From NCBI GenBank assembly GCA_002269645.1, contig NIVC01000514.1, positions 372,001-436,000 on the forward strand: a DNA stretch of 64,000 bases, given 5' to 3'. This document shows, piece after piece, positions 36,346 to 49,045 of the stretch. This DNA comes from Macrostomum lignano. Taxonomy: Eukaryota. The translations under genes and the position numbers were made by a program. Position 1 is the stretch's first letter. Each line of letters starts with the position of its first letter. The notes beneath the pieces were generated by a model. It had not been told where the DNA came from. It searched no databases and worked only from the letters and a program-made list of their open reading frames with translations.

Positions 36346-39202
36346 CCGCCCTTTCATCCCACTGCAGAGGTGGCAGGCGTGGGTGAGATGGGAATGGCTT
36401 CGAGACTAACTAAAAAATGCATATAACATAAACCGACTGGCCTACTAAAAGTAGAACTCCTTGCCGTGTAAATTTTTGATCAATTGAAAGACAAGAAAAG
36501 CCTTGCCCAGGGATCCCCAGCCTCTTTTCTGCAGGCGGCCCGGCCTCATCAAGCCGCCGGCCGGCACGCGGCGAGCTTTCAACACAAAGGCCGTCTCGTC
36601 GCTCAGAGCGTCGATTCGGGCGGCATTTCCCCGGCGCAAGAGCTGATGAAGCCACTTTGCCAAGCCGCTGCCGCCGGCCGCGGGCCGCTCCGCCCTCTCT
36701 GTCATCGGCCGGGGCTCTTCATGGGACAGGGAGGGCCGACCGTTGACAGAGAGGCGGCGCAGTGGCTCGCGGCCGGGTCGATTTTCTCGCTCGATAAGTG
36801 CCGCCGGGGCTCGAGTCTTTGGGCCAGGCTGAGCTTCTCCCGTTTTTGCTGAGTAAATTAGTCCAATTTCCACTGTTGCTCATCCACCTTTTTGCTTTCT
36901 GTTTGAGGCCTCCCATTGCCGCTCGTGGCAGATGGCTGAGCATCTGAGGCTGCTGCTTCATCTTTTTTGCTCAATCTTACAATCCACAACTAGAATAGCT
37001 GAAGGTTCTGACAGGCTGGTCCAGGTCGCTTCCGGCCAAGTGGGAGCCAATCTGGCCCAGCGATCAGCAGCGGCCCCTCGCCTCTTCATCAACTGCGGTC
37101 TCAGGTTTCCAGCCTCCCTCCTGGTGTCCGATTCTCAGCTGCCTCATCCCACTCTGCTTGTCGGAGTCCGAAACAATAACTCGCTGTCATTGCGTTGGCA
37201 TAGCAACTGGGGGAAGCTTTGACATTAATCGAGCATTAACTAGAAAATACTCTCAGGCCGTATCGGGCATTAAGTTGCCTTTTCCCCGTTCCAGTCAACC
37301 CCACGGCCCCTCCTTTTAGGAGAAGAAAGCCGGCAGCTCCCACACGGCCGGTTTATGGCAGGCGGTGGATCTGCCGCCGCCCCCCAGCCCCCGATGAAAA
37401 AGATGCCGATGGCTTTCGAATCCGCCATTTACACGCCTTAGAATAACAAACGAATTATCGGTGACACGGCCCGCCCCCGCGGGGAGGTCGCGCGGGGCGG
37501 CGCCGGCGCCGGGATTCCTGGGAGTGGGGGGAGGGGGGTGAAAATGTGGCATGGAGACCGCGGCACCGGGATCCGGACTGGCCGGGTTTCTGCGCTGCCT
37601 TTAACTGAAGCTGTCACGGCCAAGTTTGCTCTCAGTAGTCTGAACGCGTTTTTAAACACGAAACAGTGGCTACATGGAGGCTGGGAAGTGTTCTTTTATT
37701 TTTTGAGCTAGATGGATTTTCTGACGGACTTTCTGATCCATTTATTGCAATAGTTCAAGGATCTAGCATGTGGGGGCTCGGGGACAAGAAGATATTGCTA
37801 ATTGCCAAGCTTATGGTGCCATGTTGGAGATTTTTCTCAGGTTCCCTCAGTGCAGTTGAGCAAAAATCTCAAATCCCCCCCGGTGTCGTGGAGCTGTCAC
37901 TCCAGACTGCAGCCCGGGTCTCCTTGACCCCCCCCCAGCAGGCTGGCGGTTAATTGCCCAGGCGACAACTTGACTGGCCGGGCTGAGGGCGGCCCGCTGG
38001 AAACACATTCCAGGCAGCGCCGCTGCCGCCGCCCCAAGCAGCCACCATATACCGGATTTCAGATACCTTTCGGTCGCCTGGTTTTTGACAACCTCCTTCC
38101 CCCCCCCCCTCATGCAGTCTGAAATCCCCCCTCCTTCATCCGCAGCTTCCCCGGGGATAAACAACTGGCCTGGCCGGAGTTGCGCTTCTTTGCGAACACG
38201 AGAAATTCTTTGGCGGCTTTTGAAGACTCTGGCGCCATCGAATGACAAATATTTTGGAGGGACCGGCAAGTCGGCGGCTGCGTGGCGGGATTTCGGAGCT
38301 GATTGAACACCCCGTCTGATGGCCGGTGCTGGCCGGGACTGGCTGGAGCTGATGAGGAGAACCGGAAGAAGAGGAGTGACAGAGGAGTGACAGAGGGGTG
38401 ACAGAGGCGTGACATAAGAGGGTGACAAACAGGGAGGGTGACAGAGTGACTGAAGCAGAGTGAGCAGTGAACAATATCTTCCATTAAAAAATGGCAGCTT
38501 TGCAGGCAGATTTAGGGAAGACGCGGCAGTGAGTGGAACTGACCGGATCTGAGAGCCCCGCGAGCTGACGGTCAGCGGCCTGTCGCGCCGGCAGTTTTTC
38601 ATGCTGCAAATCCTCTGGGTGAATGCTGGGGACCTGCAGGCCGTCAGTTCCCTGGAAATCCCTGTCAGCGGGAGCTCCGGCTGCATCAGGGTGGAGGGAT
38701 TTCACTATATTTTTAATCCTGCTGAGCTCTTTATAACCTCTGGCAGCTGGTGATGAGGCACTCATTTAGATAACTGAGCGCTCGGCTCGCATTTCCCGCT
38801 GCTTTCTCGCCAATCCCCATCGCCAGCTTCTCCTGCATCACGCCGGTCGCCCGAAATGCTTTATCATCTGCGCCCTGGCAGCCCCGGAGACCCCGGAGAC
38901 CCCGGAGACCTCGGAGAGTTGTAAATTCTGGCGCCGGCGGCTGCGCGCGAGAATTTTATGGCGACGCGGAGGGCGAGGAAAAACCGCTGAGCAGTGGATG
39001 AGCGCGCCGGGCCTCCGGGGACTCGGCCGGGGGATCAGTGGCGGGGCGGGGAGGCGATGAGATGATGGAGGGGAGATTAGCGCTATGGGGAGGACGTGCG
39101 GGTTGTAAATGAAATGCAGAACAACTTCGAGCAACAGGGGAACTTGAAGCATGCTGAGTGTGCTCTCCGCATTTGGCTCGTATGTCCGCCTTAATGTCTT
39201 AA

Positions 39203-40135
39203 GTGTCCGTATTCCTGTCTCAGTGTCCGCCTTTCTGATTCCTTGTGTCCGTATTCCTGTCTCAGTGTCCGCCTTTCTGATTCCTTGTGTCCATATTCGT
39301 GTCTCAGTGTCCGCCTTTCTGATTCCTTGTGTCCATATTCGTGTCTCAGTGTCCGCCTTTCTGATTCCTTGTGTCCGTATTCCTGTCCCGGTGTCCGCCT
39401 TTCTGATTCCTTGTGTCCGTATTCCTGTCCCGGTGTCCGCCTTTCTGATTCCTTGTGTCCGTATTCCTGTCTCAGTGTCCGCCTTTCTGATTCCTTGTGT
39501 CCGTATTCCTGTCTCAGTGTCCGCCTTTCTGATTCCTTGTGTCCATATTCGTGTCTCAGTGTCCGCCTTTCTGATTCCTTGTGTCCGTATTCCTGTCCCG
39601 GTGTCCGCCTTTCTGATTCCTTGTGTCCGTATTCCTGTCCCGGTGTCCGCCTTTCTGATTCCTTGTGTCCGTATTCCTGTCTCAGTGTCCGCCTTTCTGA
39701 TTCCTTGTGTCCGTATTCCTGTCTCAGTGTCCGCCTTTCTGATTCCTTGTGTCCGTATTCCTGTCTCAGTGTCCGTCTTTCTGATTCCTTGTGTCCGTAT
39801 TCCTGTCCCGGTGTCCGCCTTTCTGATTCCTTGTGTCCGTATTCCTGTCCCGGTGTCCGCCTTTCTGATTCCTTGTGTCCGTATTCCTGTCTCAGTGTCC
39901 GCCTTTCTGATTCCTTGTGTCCGTATTCCTGTCTCAGTGTCCGCCTTTCTGATTCCTTGTGTCCGTATTCCTGTCTCAGTGTCCGCCTTTCTGATTCCTT
40001 GTGTCCGTATTCCTGTCTCAGTGTCCGCCTTTCTGATTCCTTGTGTCCGTATTCCTGTCTCAGTGTCCGCCTTTCTGATTCCTTGTGTCCGTATTCCTGT
40101 CTCAGTGTCCGCCTTTCTGATTCCTTGTGTCCGTA
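39203..40135. repeat. 42-bp tandem repeat (GTGTCCGTATTCCTGTCTCAGTGTCCGCCTTTCTGATTCCTT), ~22 copies
   Basis: Direct periodicity. Confidence 0.98.
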
Positions 40136-40843
40136 TTCCTGTCTCAGTGCCCATATTCCTGTCCAAGTGCCCATATTCCTGTCTCAGTGCCCATATTCCT
40201 GTCTCAGTGCCCATATTCCTGTCTCAGTGTCTATATTCCTGTCTCAGTGCCCATATTCCTGTCCAAGTGCCCATATTCCTGTCTCAGTGTCTATATTCAT
40301 GTCTCAGTGTTTATATTCCTGTCTCAGTGCCTATATTCCTGTCTCAGTGCCCATATTCCTGTCCAAGTGCCCATATTCCTGTCCAAGTGCCTATATTCCT
40401 GTCTCAGTGCCTATATTGCTGTCTCAGTGCCCATATTCCTGTCTCAGTGCCCATATTCCTGTCTCAGTGCCCATATTCCTGTCCAAGTGCCCATATTCCT
40501 GTCCAAGTGCCCATATTCCTGTCTCAGTGCCCATATTCCTGTCTCAGTGCCCATATTCCTGTCTCAGTACCCATATTCCTGTCTCAGTGCCCATATTCCT
40601 GTCCAAGTGCCCATATTCCTGTCCAAGTGCCTATATTCCTGTCTCAGTGCCTATATTCCTGTCTCAGTGCCTATATTCCTGTCTCAGTGCTTATATTCCT
40701 GTCTCAGTGCCCATATTCCTGTCTCAGTGCCCATATTCCTGTCTCAGTGCCCAAATTCCTGTCTCAGTGTCTATATTCCTGTCCAAGTGCCCATATTCCT
40801 GTCTCAGTGCCCATATTCCTGTCTCAGTGCCCATATTCCTGTC
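40136..40843. repeat. 20-bp tandem repeat (GTCTCAGTGCCCATATTCCT), ~35 copies, contiguous with the 42-bp array
   Basis: Direct periodicity. Confidence 0.97.
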
Positions 40844-42812
40844 TGAGTCCCCGCCTTGCTCTCCAAAAGCCGGTGCTGATCAAAGGGACATGCCGGTGCA
40901 AGGGAGGCACGCGATCAGCACAGGGACTGCAGGGAGACCCGCCCAGCTACGGAGAGCCGAGACCGCTAAGGGTGAGATATCGCGCATAAAAGCGCGGCTG
41001 ACAAAGAGCCGAGGAGAGGCGGTGCTCGCCAGCGAAATTGAATATCAAATAAACTGCAGGGCGCGGCCCTAAGAGGCCTGGCAAACACGAGAGGGGATGT
41101 TTGGAGGTAAAGAGGGATAATGTTGAGATGTTGAGCAGCGTGTTAACCGGTTTGGCGTGACTCTGTGGAGGGGGGGCGGCCACGCTTCACTGAGCAGCTG
41201 AGCAGCTGAGCTGAGCAGGCCTGCCTTGGGAATCACTGGCCAGCTGTTGATTCCCGGCCGGGCAGAGCTCGAATCCCCGATCGGTCTCCCCCCGCCCTCC
41301 GGCCAGCCGCGGCTGCTGGGCAGTCAACAGGGGCAACAGGAGCTGGCCGGGCGGCCATCGCTGAGCTGCAGATGCGGTTTTAAGAGTTTCATCGCCGCGG
41401 GCTCGAGAGAGGGGGTTGAAGGCTGAGCAAACACCGACTGCTCAGCCGCGGGAAGTGGGGATGCGGGGGAGAATTGATGGCGCCGGCGGCGGCTGCGGCG
41501 GAGGCGGCGGTGGCAGCGGCGGCTGCGGCTGAGGCGGCTGAGGCGCCACCTGCCACTGAAGGAGTTCTCGCGACACGATTTAAAGAGTTTTCCACTCGGG
41601 CATTCAATCAATTTTGCTTTTTTTCCAAAAACAAGGGGCCACTGGCTCAGAAAAATTCTAAGACACCTAACAGTGTGCCTCTTTTGTAGAAGGCTTCAAA
41701 ATGCATGCTTTGTAATTGAGTTTTACTTCGTAGTTCGAAATTCGATAAATGGTTTCATGTCTGGTCCACAAAGATCGACAAAAAGGCAAATTGATGTCTA
41801 TAGTAAGCTATCATATTATAGCTAATAGTAATATAACAAACAATATAGTAGCGCACACACACGCAGGCTGTTTATTTATTATCAAGCTTTCAAGCAAAGG
41901 CAGTGGGAGAATTGCTGATAAATCTGCGCAAAGCTCAGGTGGAATGGGGCACCCTGCCAGACAAGCTTTTCTCGTTGCTGAGGATATGAAAAAATTGAGT
42001 TTCGGGATTTCTATTCTGGTAAAATAGCAAGTGAAGACCGAGTGGTGCAGTCAGTAAAGTATATATGATGCGTATATAATATAATTTATCATACACTATC
42101 GCTCAGCTTTCAGTGCAGTTATAAGGCGCGTGCGAAATGCAGGCTTTGCGAGACTTGCTGGGGTGGAGGGGCAGAGCAGGTAGACGGGTGAGCACATATT
42201 CAAGTGACTAGCAAAATGAGATTTGACCAATAGTTGGTCACCAATATTCAAGTCTTGGGGTGGGTACGCATCGTTGCAATCAAAAGTACATTTCTTGACG
42301 CGGAGTGAGAAGGAATAGAGCAAAAGTTTTTAACATAAACAAGTATGACTGTTGAATGTACAGTTCGCGTGTACATACTGAGTGAGAGTGATCGCTTACT
42401 CATCCAGGCTAAAAATGGAATAATGTACATAGAGGCAGAGGTGGGAGGGTTCCGAATGTACGCAACGCCGGCCCAGTGGGGTCAGCATGGACGCAAGAAC
42501 GGACGGCCCATGGCACTGCCACGGCACGGCCTGCGCCTACGGACAGCCATTTTAACGCTGGGCCTTCTGTGTCAAACCGTGAGTGCCTTTGGGGAAATCA
42601 CAGTCAGTTAGCATTTAGTCAGGGTGTCTTGAACAACAAAGTAGACGGGCATTGAGACTCAAATAAGAGCACAAAATTTGGGCAGCAACGATCCTGAAAA
42701 GTCAAACAAGCTACGGCAGTCTCAAGCAACTGTCATACAGTCACTGTATGTACAGTCACTCCGGGAACTGTGCACGAGACACGCAAGGAAGAGGAGCCAT
42801 GGCCTCGGAGGG

Positions 42813-43546
42813 CTACGCTGACGAGCGGGAGTCCTCGTCCAGGGCCGCCTCGGCGGCGCCGCTCACCGCTGCGGTCTCGACCGGCGCGGGAGAAGCCGCG
42901 TTTGGCGGTTCCGCTGGCGCCGGCTCGCTGGAGGGGCCGATCAGCGTGTGGATCTTGGAGAAGTCGCCCTTGGACGGACTGGCCGACACTGAGGCCGCCG
43001 AGAGGGGCACTGCCGAACTCGAGGTTGCGGCTGCTGACGCGAGAGAGGCGGCGGCGACAGCGGCGGCTCTACCAGGCGAGGGCGACTTCCTGGCGCCTCC
43101 GTAGGGCGAGAATCTGTGCAGTCCGTGATGGAGCTTGGCCGGGCCGCTGCCAGACCCGTGGCCCAGCGGGGACGCGAATCCCTGGTGCGGCGGCGGCGGA
43201 GGCGGCGGGTAGCTCCCGCTAGCAGGGAATCCTCCCGGAAAACCCGCGGGAAAGCCGGCAGAGCCCGGAAATCCAGGCGGGAAGCCGCCAGGCGGAGGTG
43301 GAAAGCCGAAGAAGGGCGGTTTGAAGGCTGCGGCTGCGGCTGCGGCTGCGGCGGCTGCTGCGGCGGACCGGAGCTGATGCTGCTGCTGCTGGTCTCCTTT
43401 GGACGATGCGGAGTGAAGCCAGGGCTGATGAAGGAAGCTGTGCGAGTTCAGCACCGTCACGTTTGGTGGCGGGCCGCCGCTGCCGCTCTTTGATGGCGAC
43501 TTGCCGCTAGCGGTGCCGTCTTTGCTGTGCCGAGCGGGCCCGGGCG
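42813..43546 (-). CDS. Tbx2/3: Tbx2/3 exon 6 (poly-Ala, RFSPY motif, C-terminal FSKIHTLIG), stop TAG
   Basis: Strong acceptor CCTTCCCTGCCTTCCAG| phase 1, matching the previous donor; HRFSPY resembles the Tbx2/3/omb R(Y/F)SPY motif. Confidence 0.85.
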
Positions 43547-43772
43547 CTGGAAGGCAGGGAAGGCCAGCTCAGAGTTGCACTTTGAAGCGGGAACCTCGGT
43601 GGCTATGAGGACACCTCGCGATCCCCCACTTCTCAATTCCCCAATTCTATGCGGACATTGGCACTTTAAATTGCCCCGTTGAAAGTGAAGATTGTGGTCA
43701 TGCCGATATCCCCCTGTTCTGGGCCTGTCAGCTTCTATCAGTGACTGCACACGATGGGCGCACTTTTCTCAC

Positions 43773-44257
43773 CTGCTCCGCTGCTCACGCCGTTCCCAGC
43801 CACGCCGTTTCTACCAGCTGCCTCCGCTGTGCCGCTGGGCGGCTCCTCCCGACGCTCTCCCGAGGAGTCTCGACGCCGGCGCCGCTCCTGCCTCTCGGCG
43901 GCCAACAACAGCTGCTGGTGCTGCAGCTGGAGCTGCTGGTGCAGCTGGAGCTGGTGCTGGTGTTGCTGCAGGAATGCGTGCTGGTGCTGCTGCAGCTGGT
44001 GATGGTGCCCGCCAAACCCAGCGGCCAGGAGGCTGGGGATGAGGTTGCCGGCGGCGAAACCGCGCCGCAGGTGTCCGGTGAGGCTGCCGACGTCACCACT
44101 GCGAATGTCGTCGTCAGTGTCGAAGCTGGCGGCGGCCGCGGCGGCCTCGTCATCGTCGTCGTCGTCGGAGTCGTCGGCTGGCCCGGCGGCGGAGAGGCCG
44201 CGCGGCCGCTGCCGCCCATCGGGGAGGTGGAGCTGCGAGCCGCCTTCCGACATCTTG
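43773..44257 (-). CDS. Tbx2/3: Tbx2/3 exon 5 (acidic, His/Gln-rich)
   Basis: ACTGCAG| phase 2 and CAG|GTGAGA phase 1; open frame with GC3-rich codons. Confidence 0.85.
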
Positions 44258-44289
44258 CTGCAGTGGGGAGTGCGGGCGAGGGGTGTTTG

Positions 44290-44567
44290 AGGTGGGGCGG
44301 ATTTAGTTCTAGGTGGGGCGGATTGGATCTAGGTGGGGGCGGATTGGATCTAGGTGGGGGCGGATTGGTTCTAGGTGGGGCGGATTGGATCTAGGTGGGG
44401 CGGATTGGATCTAGGTGGGGGCGGATTGGATCTAGGTGGGGCGGATTTGGTTCTAGGTGGGGCGGATTTGGTTCTAGGTGGGGCGGATTTGGTTCTAGGT
44501 GGGGCGGATTTGGTTCTAGGTGGGGCGGATTTGGTTCTAGGTGGGGCGGATTGGATCTAGGTGGGGG
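44290..44567. repeat. 20-21-bp tandem repeat (AGGTGGGGCGGATTGGATCT), ~13 copies, Tbx2/3 intron 4
   Basis: Direct periodicity. Confidence 0.95.
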
Positions 44568-44638
44568 CCTCGTTTTGAGATGTGGGATCGGCAGGTGTAT
44601 GATGGGATTTGAGAGGTTTCGGAAGTTCCCAGGCTTAC

Positions 44639-44865
44639 ATTTTCTTGGAGCTGCGACCGCCGCCGGTGTCCCGGAAGCCCTTGGCGAACGGGTTGTGGTC
44701 GATCTTCAGCTGCGTGATTTTCTCGTTCTGGTAGGCCGTCACGGCGATGAAAGCGGTCTCGTTGAACACGAAGGTGCGGAAGGTGGAGAAGGGCAGCTTC
44801 ATGATGTCGGCCGCGCGCACCAGGTGGAAGCGAGGCTGGTACTTGTGCATGGAGTTCAGGATGGT
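44639..44865 (-). CDS. Tbx2/3: Tbx2/3 exon 4, T-box C-terminal part
   Basis: [68 protein letters not shown]; CGCAG| acceptor, AT|GTAAGC donor. Confidence 0.98.
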
Positions 44866-45434
44866 CTGCGGAGTTCGGAATGACGGGTTTCATTTTCATA
44901 AATGTGGATCAAAGTTTCGAATGATGGGATCTGAGATAGGGATCTGGGATTCTGGGATTTAGTGACACCACAAACTGGGTGTCACGATCCGCAGTTTTTG
45001 CTTGAGTTCGCTACTCAAGAAGCATGAATAATTAATGCTTAATTACATAATTGCCCACCTGGCTACAAGAATATCTAATTCTAAGACATCAGAGCGGTGG
45101 TTTTCCACCAGAGCGGCTGGTGAGACACGCATCTCCCCGGCCATTGTCGGCTCTGTGATCGCCGGACTGTGCGGTAATGAATGGCCCGACCAGCCATGTA
45201 GGCGAGCTCGAGCTCGAGCCCGGCACCCCGCTGAGAAGGCGGGGCTTTTAGAAAGTTTTGTTTGATAGGAGAGAGTGGCATCAAGGTAAGGCTGTGAGAT
45301 GTGAATCAATGCGTGAGATTATTTGGGAAACCCATGCCCTTTGTGATCAAGTGAGCGAAATTTACGGCAAGGTGGTGCAATATTTATTGCTCTCTGATGA
45401 GACATGAGATTTACGTGTAAAATTGTGAGATATG

Positions 45435-45740
45435 TGAGTAGAGGTGTGAGAATTGAGTAAAGGTGTGAGATTTATGAGTAAAGGTGTGAGATTTATGAGT
45501 AAAGGTGTGAGAATTATGAGTAAAGGTGTGAGATTTATGAGTAAAGGTGTGAGATTCATGACTAAAGGTGTGAGATTCATGACTAAAGGTGTGAGATTCA
45601 TGACTAAAGGTGTGAGATTCATGAGTAAAGGTGTGAGATTCATGACTAAAGGTGTGAGATTCATGAGTAAAGGTGTGAGATTCATGACTAAAGGTGTGAG
45701 ATTCATGAGTAAAGGTGTGAGATTCATGACTAAAGGTGAG
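45435..45740. repeat. 21-bp tandem repeat (GA[G/C]TAAAGGTGTGAGATTCAT), 14 copies, Tbx2/3 intron 3
   Basis: AGGTGTGA at 45442, 45461, 45482 and then every 21 bp to 45713. Confidence 0.97.
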
Positions 45741-46489
45741 GTCTGGGATAAAGGTGTTTTCGAGAAATGGTTCAGCTTCAAGAAAACAATTGCTAATTGG
45801 CTCGCTGATCTGCAAGCAAAAGTGCGGCAGTGCCTGTGAATTACAGTTTGAGCAGCCGCAGCCCTGACAGACTGTCTGAGGCGATTTTCAAATGCCGGCA
45901 TGCAGCGAAAGCGGAGAGAAGAAGCTGGCGAGACTCGGGATTCCGGGGTGGGAGCACGCAGGTGAGCGAGAGAGGGGGGCCCTCCCTGCGTGCCCCGCCC
46001 AGCCCCCGTACCTTCTCACGCTGCGGCTTCTCATTAAGCAGAGCTCAGCGCCGGCTCATTCTGTAATCAGCGGGCGCGGCCGCCCGACCAGGAGTGGCAG
46101 CGGCTGGCGGCTCAATTTTTGCGTCAAAAAATACGGGGGGGATGGGGAGGGGCGGCGGCGAGGCGACAGCGGAGGCGGACGCCAGGTGGGGAAAAGGGAA
46201 AGCGAAGCCCCGGGGTGCAAAAATGAGGATCTCTGCAGGCGCCCGGGATTTCATGACTTGTCACGGAATATCGGGGGAGCTGCGCGACTGAGGAGAAAAC
46301 CTGCGAGTCTGCGTGTGAGAATCCGAGCGAGTGGAAGCCGTCCGCGGGAATTAATATCCCCAGCCGGAGTTCTCCCCGCTGCCGGGTCTGAGCCGCCCGC
46401 AGAACCTGCGGTTGAGCATTCGCTAACAGACAATCTTTTATCCCCTCCTTGAATTGCGCTTTCTGATGGCAAAACAGGCCGTTGGAATG

Positions 46490-47660
46490 TGGGATTGGGG
46501 AGTTGTGATTCGGGATTTTGGATTCGGGATTTGTGATTCGGGATTTGGGATTCGGGATTTGGGATTCGGGATTCTGGAGTTATGATTCACGATTCTAGAT
46601 TTGTGATTCGGGATTTGTGATTCAGGATTTGGGATTCGGGATTTGGGATTCGGGATTTGGGATTCGGGATTTGGGATTCTGGATTTTGGATTCGGGATTC
46701 TGGTTTTATGATTCACGATTCTAGATTTGTGATTCGGGATTTGTGATTCGGGATTTGGGATTCAGGATTTGGGATTCGGGATTTGGGATTCTGGATTTTG
46801 GATTCGGGATTCTGGTTTTATGATTCACGATTCTAGATTTGTGATTCGGGATTTGTGATTCGGGATTTGGGATTCTGGATTTTGGATTCGGGATTCTGGT
46901 TTTATGATTCACGATTCTAGATTTGTGATTCGGGATTTGTGATTCGGGATTTGGGATTCAGGATTTGGGATTCGGGATTTGGGATTCTGGATTTTGGATT
47001 CGGGATTCTGGTTTTATGATTCACGATTCTAGATTTGTGATTCGGGATTTGTGATTCGGGATTTGGGATTCGGGATTTGGGATTCGGGATTCTGGAGTTA
47101 TGATTCACGATTCTAGATTTGTGATTCGGGATTTGTGATTCAGGATTTGGGATTCGGGATTTGGGATTCGGGATTTGGGATTCTGGATTTTGGATTCGGG
47201 ATTCTGGTTTTATGATTCACGATTCTAGATTTGTGATTCGGGATTTGTGATTCGGGATTTGGGATTCGGGATTTGGGATTCGGGATTCTGGAGTTATGAT
47301 TCACGATTCTAGATTTGTGATTCGGGATTTGTGATTCAGGATTTGGGATTCGGGATTTGGGATTCGGGATTTGGGATTCTGGATTTTGGATTCGGGATTC
47401 TGGTTTTATGATTCACGATTCTAGATTTGTGATTCGGGATTTGTGATTCGGGATTTGGGATTCGGGATTTGGGATTCGGGATTCGGGATTCGAGATTCGG
47501 GATTCTGGAGTTATGATTCACGATTCTAGATTTGTGATTTGGGATTCGGGATTCGGAAGTTGGGATTTTTCAGTCAGAATTTTGGATTCGGGATTTGGGA
47601 TTTGGGATTAGGGGTTCTGGAGTTGGGATTCGGAATTTTAGAATTTGTAACTTGGGATTT
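46490..47660. repeat. Heptamer-based (GGGATTT/GGGATTC) higher-order repeat, Tbx2/3 intron 3
   Basis: Marker CACGATTCTAG recurs at spacings that are all multiples of 7. Confidence 0.95.
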
Positions 47661-47916
47661 GGAATTAGAGATTAAGAACTTCAATATCAATAGCATTTGG
47701 CATTATGGTTGTTCCAATCAGGCAGCTATCAGAGCCTCGATCAGGATTGGCGGGCATTCGCACATGAAGGCTGACTGAAACTCCCGCACCTAATTTTCCA
47801 CAGTCGCAGAATTCCCCAGGTCTGCAGCGGTTCATCATTGAAAACTTTTAAATAAAACTGGCTGTCGGATTTCAAGCCCGGGGCATGCGGGCCGGTGGCA
47901 TTTGTGTCGGGCTGGT

Positions 47917-47983
47917 ATATCAGTGCCCGATATCAGTGCCCGATATCAGTGCCCGATATCAGTGCCCGATATCAGTGCCCGAT
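47917..47983. repeat. 13-bp repeat (GATATCAGTGCCC) x5
   Basis: Direct. Confidence 0.9.
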
Positions 47984-48768
47984 CTCGCCGGCGCAATGGC
48001 CAAGGCGCCAAATTGACACCGGACTGAATGGCGAGCCGTGCAAAAGTCACACGGAGCAGATAAGGCATCTGCCGCTTGTGCAACCCGCTCAGGGAGCCGT
48101 GTTGCAGAAACCTGCCGGACAAAGCTGCTGCTTGAAGCCGCTGCCTCATCCTGTCCGAGCTGATTAGGCGGCGCGCGATGACGGGAGGCGGTCAATTTCT
48201 GCGCCATTAACAACCGCTCTGGTGGCATTTCTGGGGGGGGGAGTCCAGAGGAAGTGGGGCCCGGGCAGGGCGAGTCGCCGGTCCCTTTGATCGGCCGCTC
48301 GCCCAGCCGCTTGTAATTTGCGAGCCGAAGCCCCGCCAGCTTTAGCCGGCAATTTCGGGCTCTGTGACAAATTCTCACGTGTCTGACAAACTCCAGCGAT
48401 GCCTTCCCTCTGCATCTTCTTGTCGTGACTGCGCACAAGCAGGGAAGCTGCAGAAAGTGACGCATCCTTTGGCTTTGGCCTTCCCTCCTCATCATCTCAC
48501 CGGCCCCTTTTTCTCCGCCTCCTTTCCAGCCTCCTCTTTCCGCTTTTGCCGCGGCCCGATTGCCGCCTGAGAAATTGCTGCGGGCGCGGCGGGGCCTCCG
48601 CTTTGAGGCGCTTTGATTGCGCCGGGCAAAGGGGGGGGGCGCCGGCCCTGAGCCTGGCTTGCTTCATCATCTGCTGCTCTGCCTTTGGTCTGAGCTTTCC
48701 CGAAATTGAACCCGAAAAATTTGAGCGGCCGAGAGGTGAGAAATGTGACGGTGAAAGTGTTAGGGAGA

Positions 48769-49045
48769 TGAGGTAGAGTGTGGGAGTTAAAGCAGAGTTC
48801 TGCAGGTGAGGTAGAGTGCTGCAGGTGAGGTAGAGTGCTGCAGGTGAGGTAGAGTGCTGCAGGTGAGGTAGAGTGCTGCAGGTGAGGTAGAGTGCTGCAG
48901 GTGAGGTAGAGTGCTGCAGGTGAGGTAGAGTGCTGCAGGTGAGGTAGAGTGCTGCAGGTGAGGTAGAGTGCTGCAGGTGAGGTAGAGTGCTGCAGGTGAG
49001 GTAGAGTGCTGCAGGTGAGGCAGAGTGCTGTAGGTGAGGCAGAGT
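48769..49045. repeat. 19-bp tandem repeat (GTGAGGTAGAGTGCTGCAG), ~14 copies, Tbx2/3 intron 3
   Basis: Direct periodicity. Confidence 0.96.

Noticed and set aside
38838-41072. Long ORFs of 327-612 aa on both strands
   Set aside because: They are translations of the stop-free 42-bp and 20-bp arrays and are open in several frames at once.
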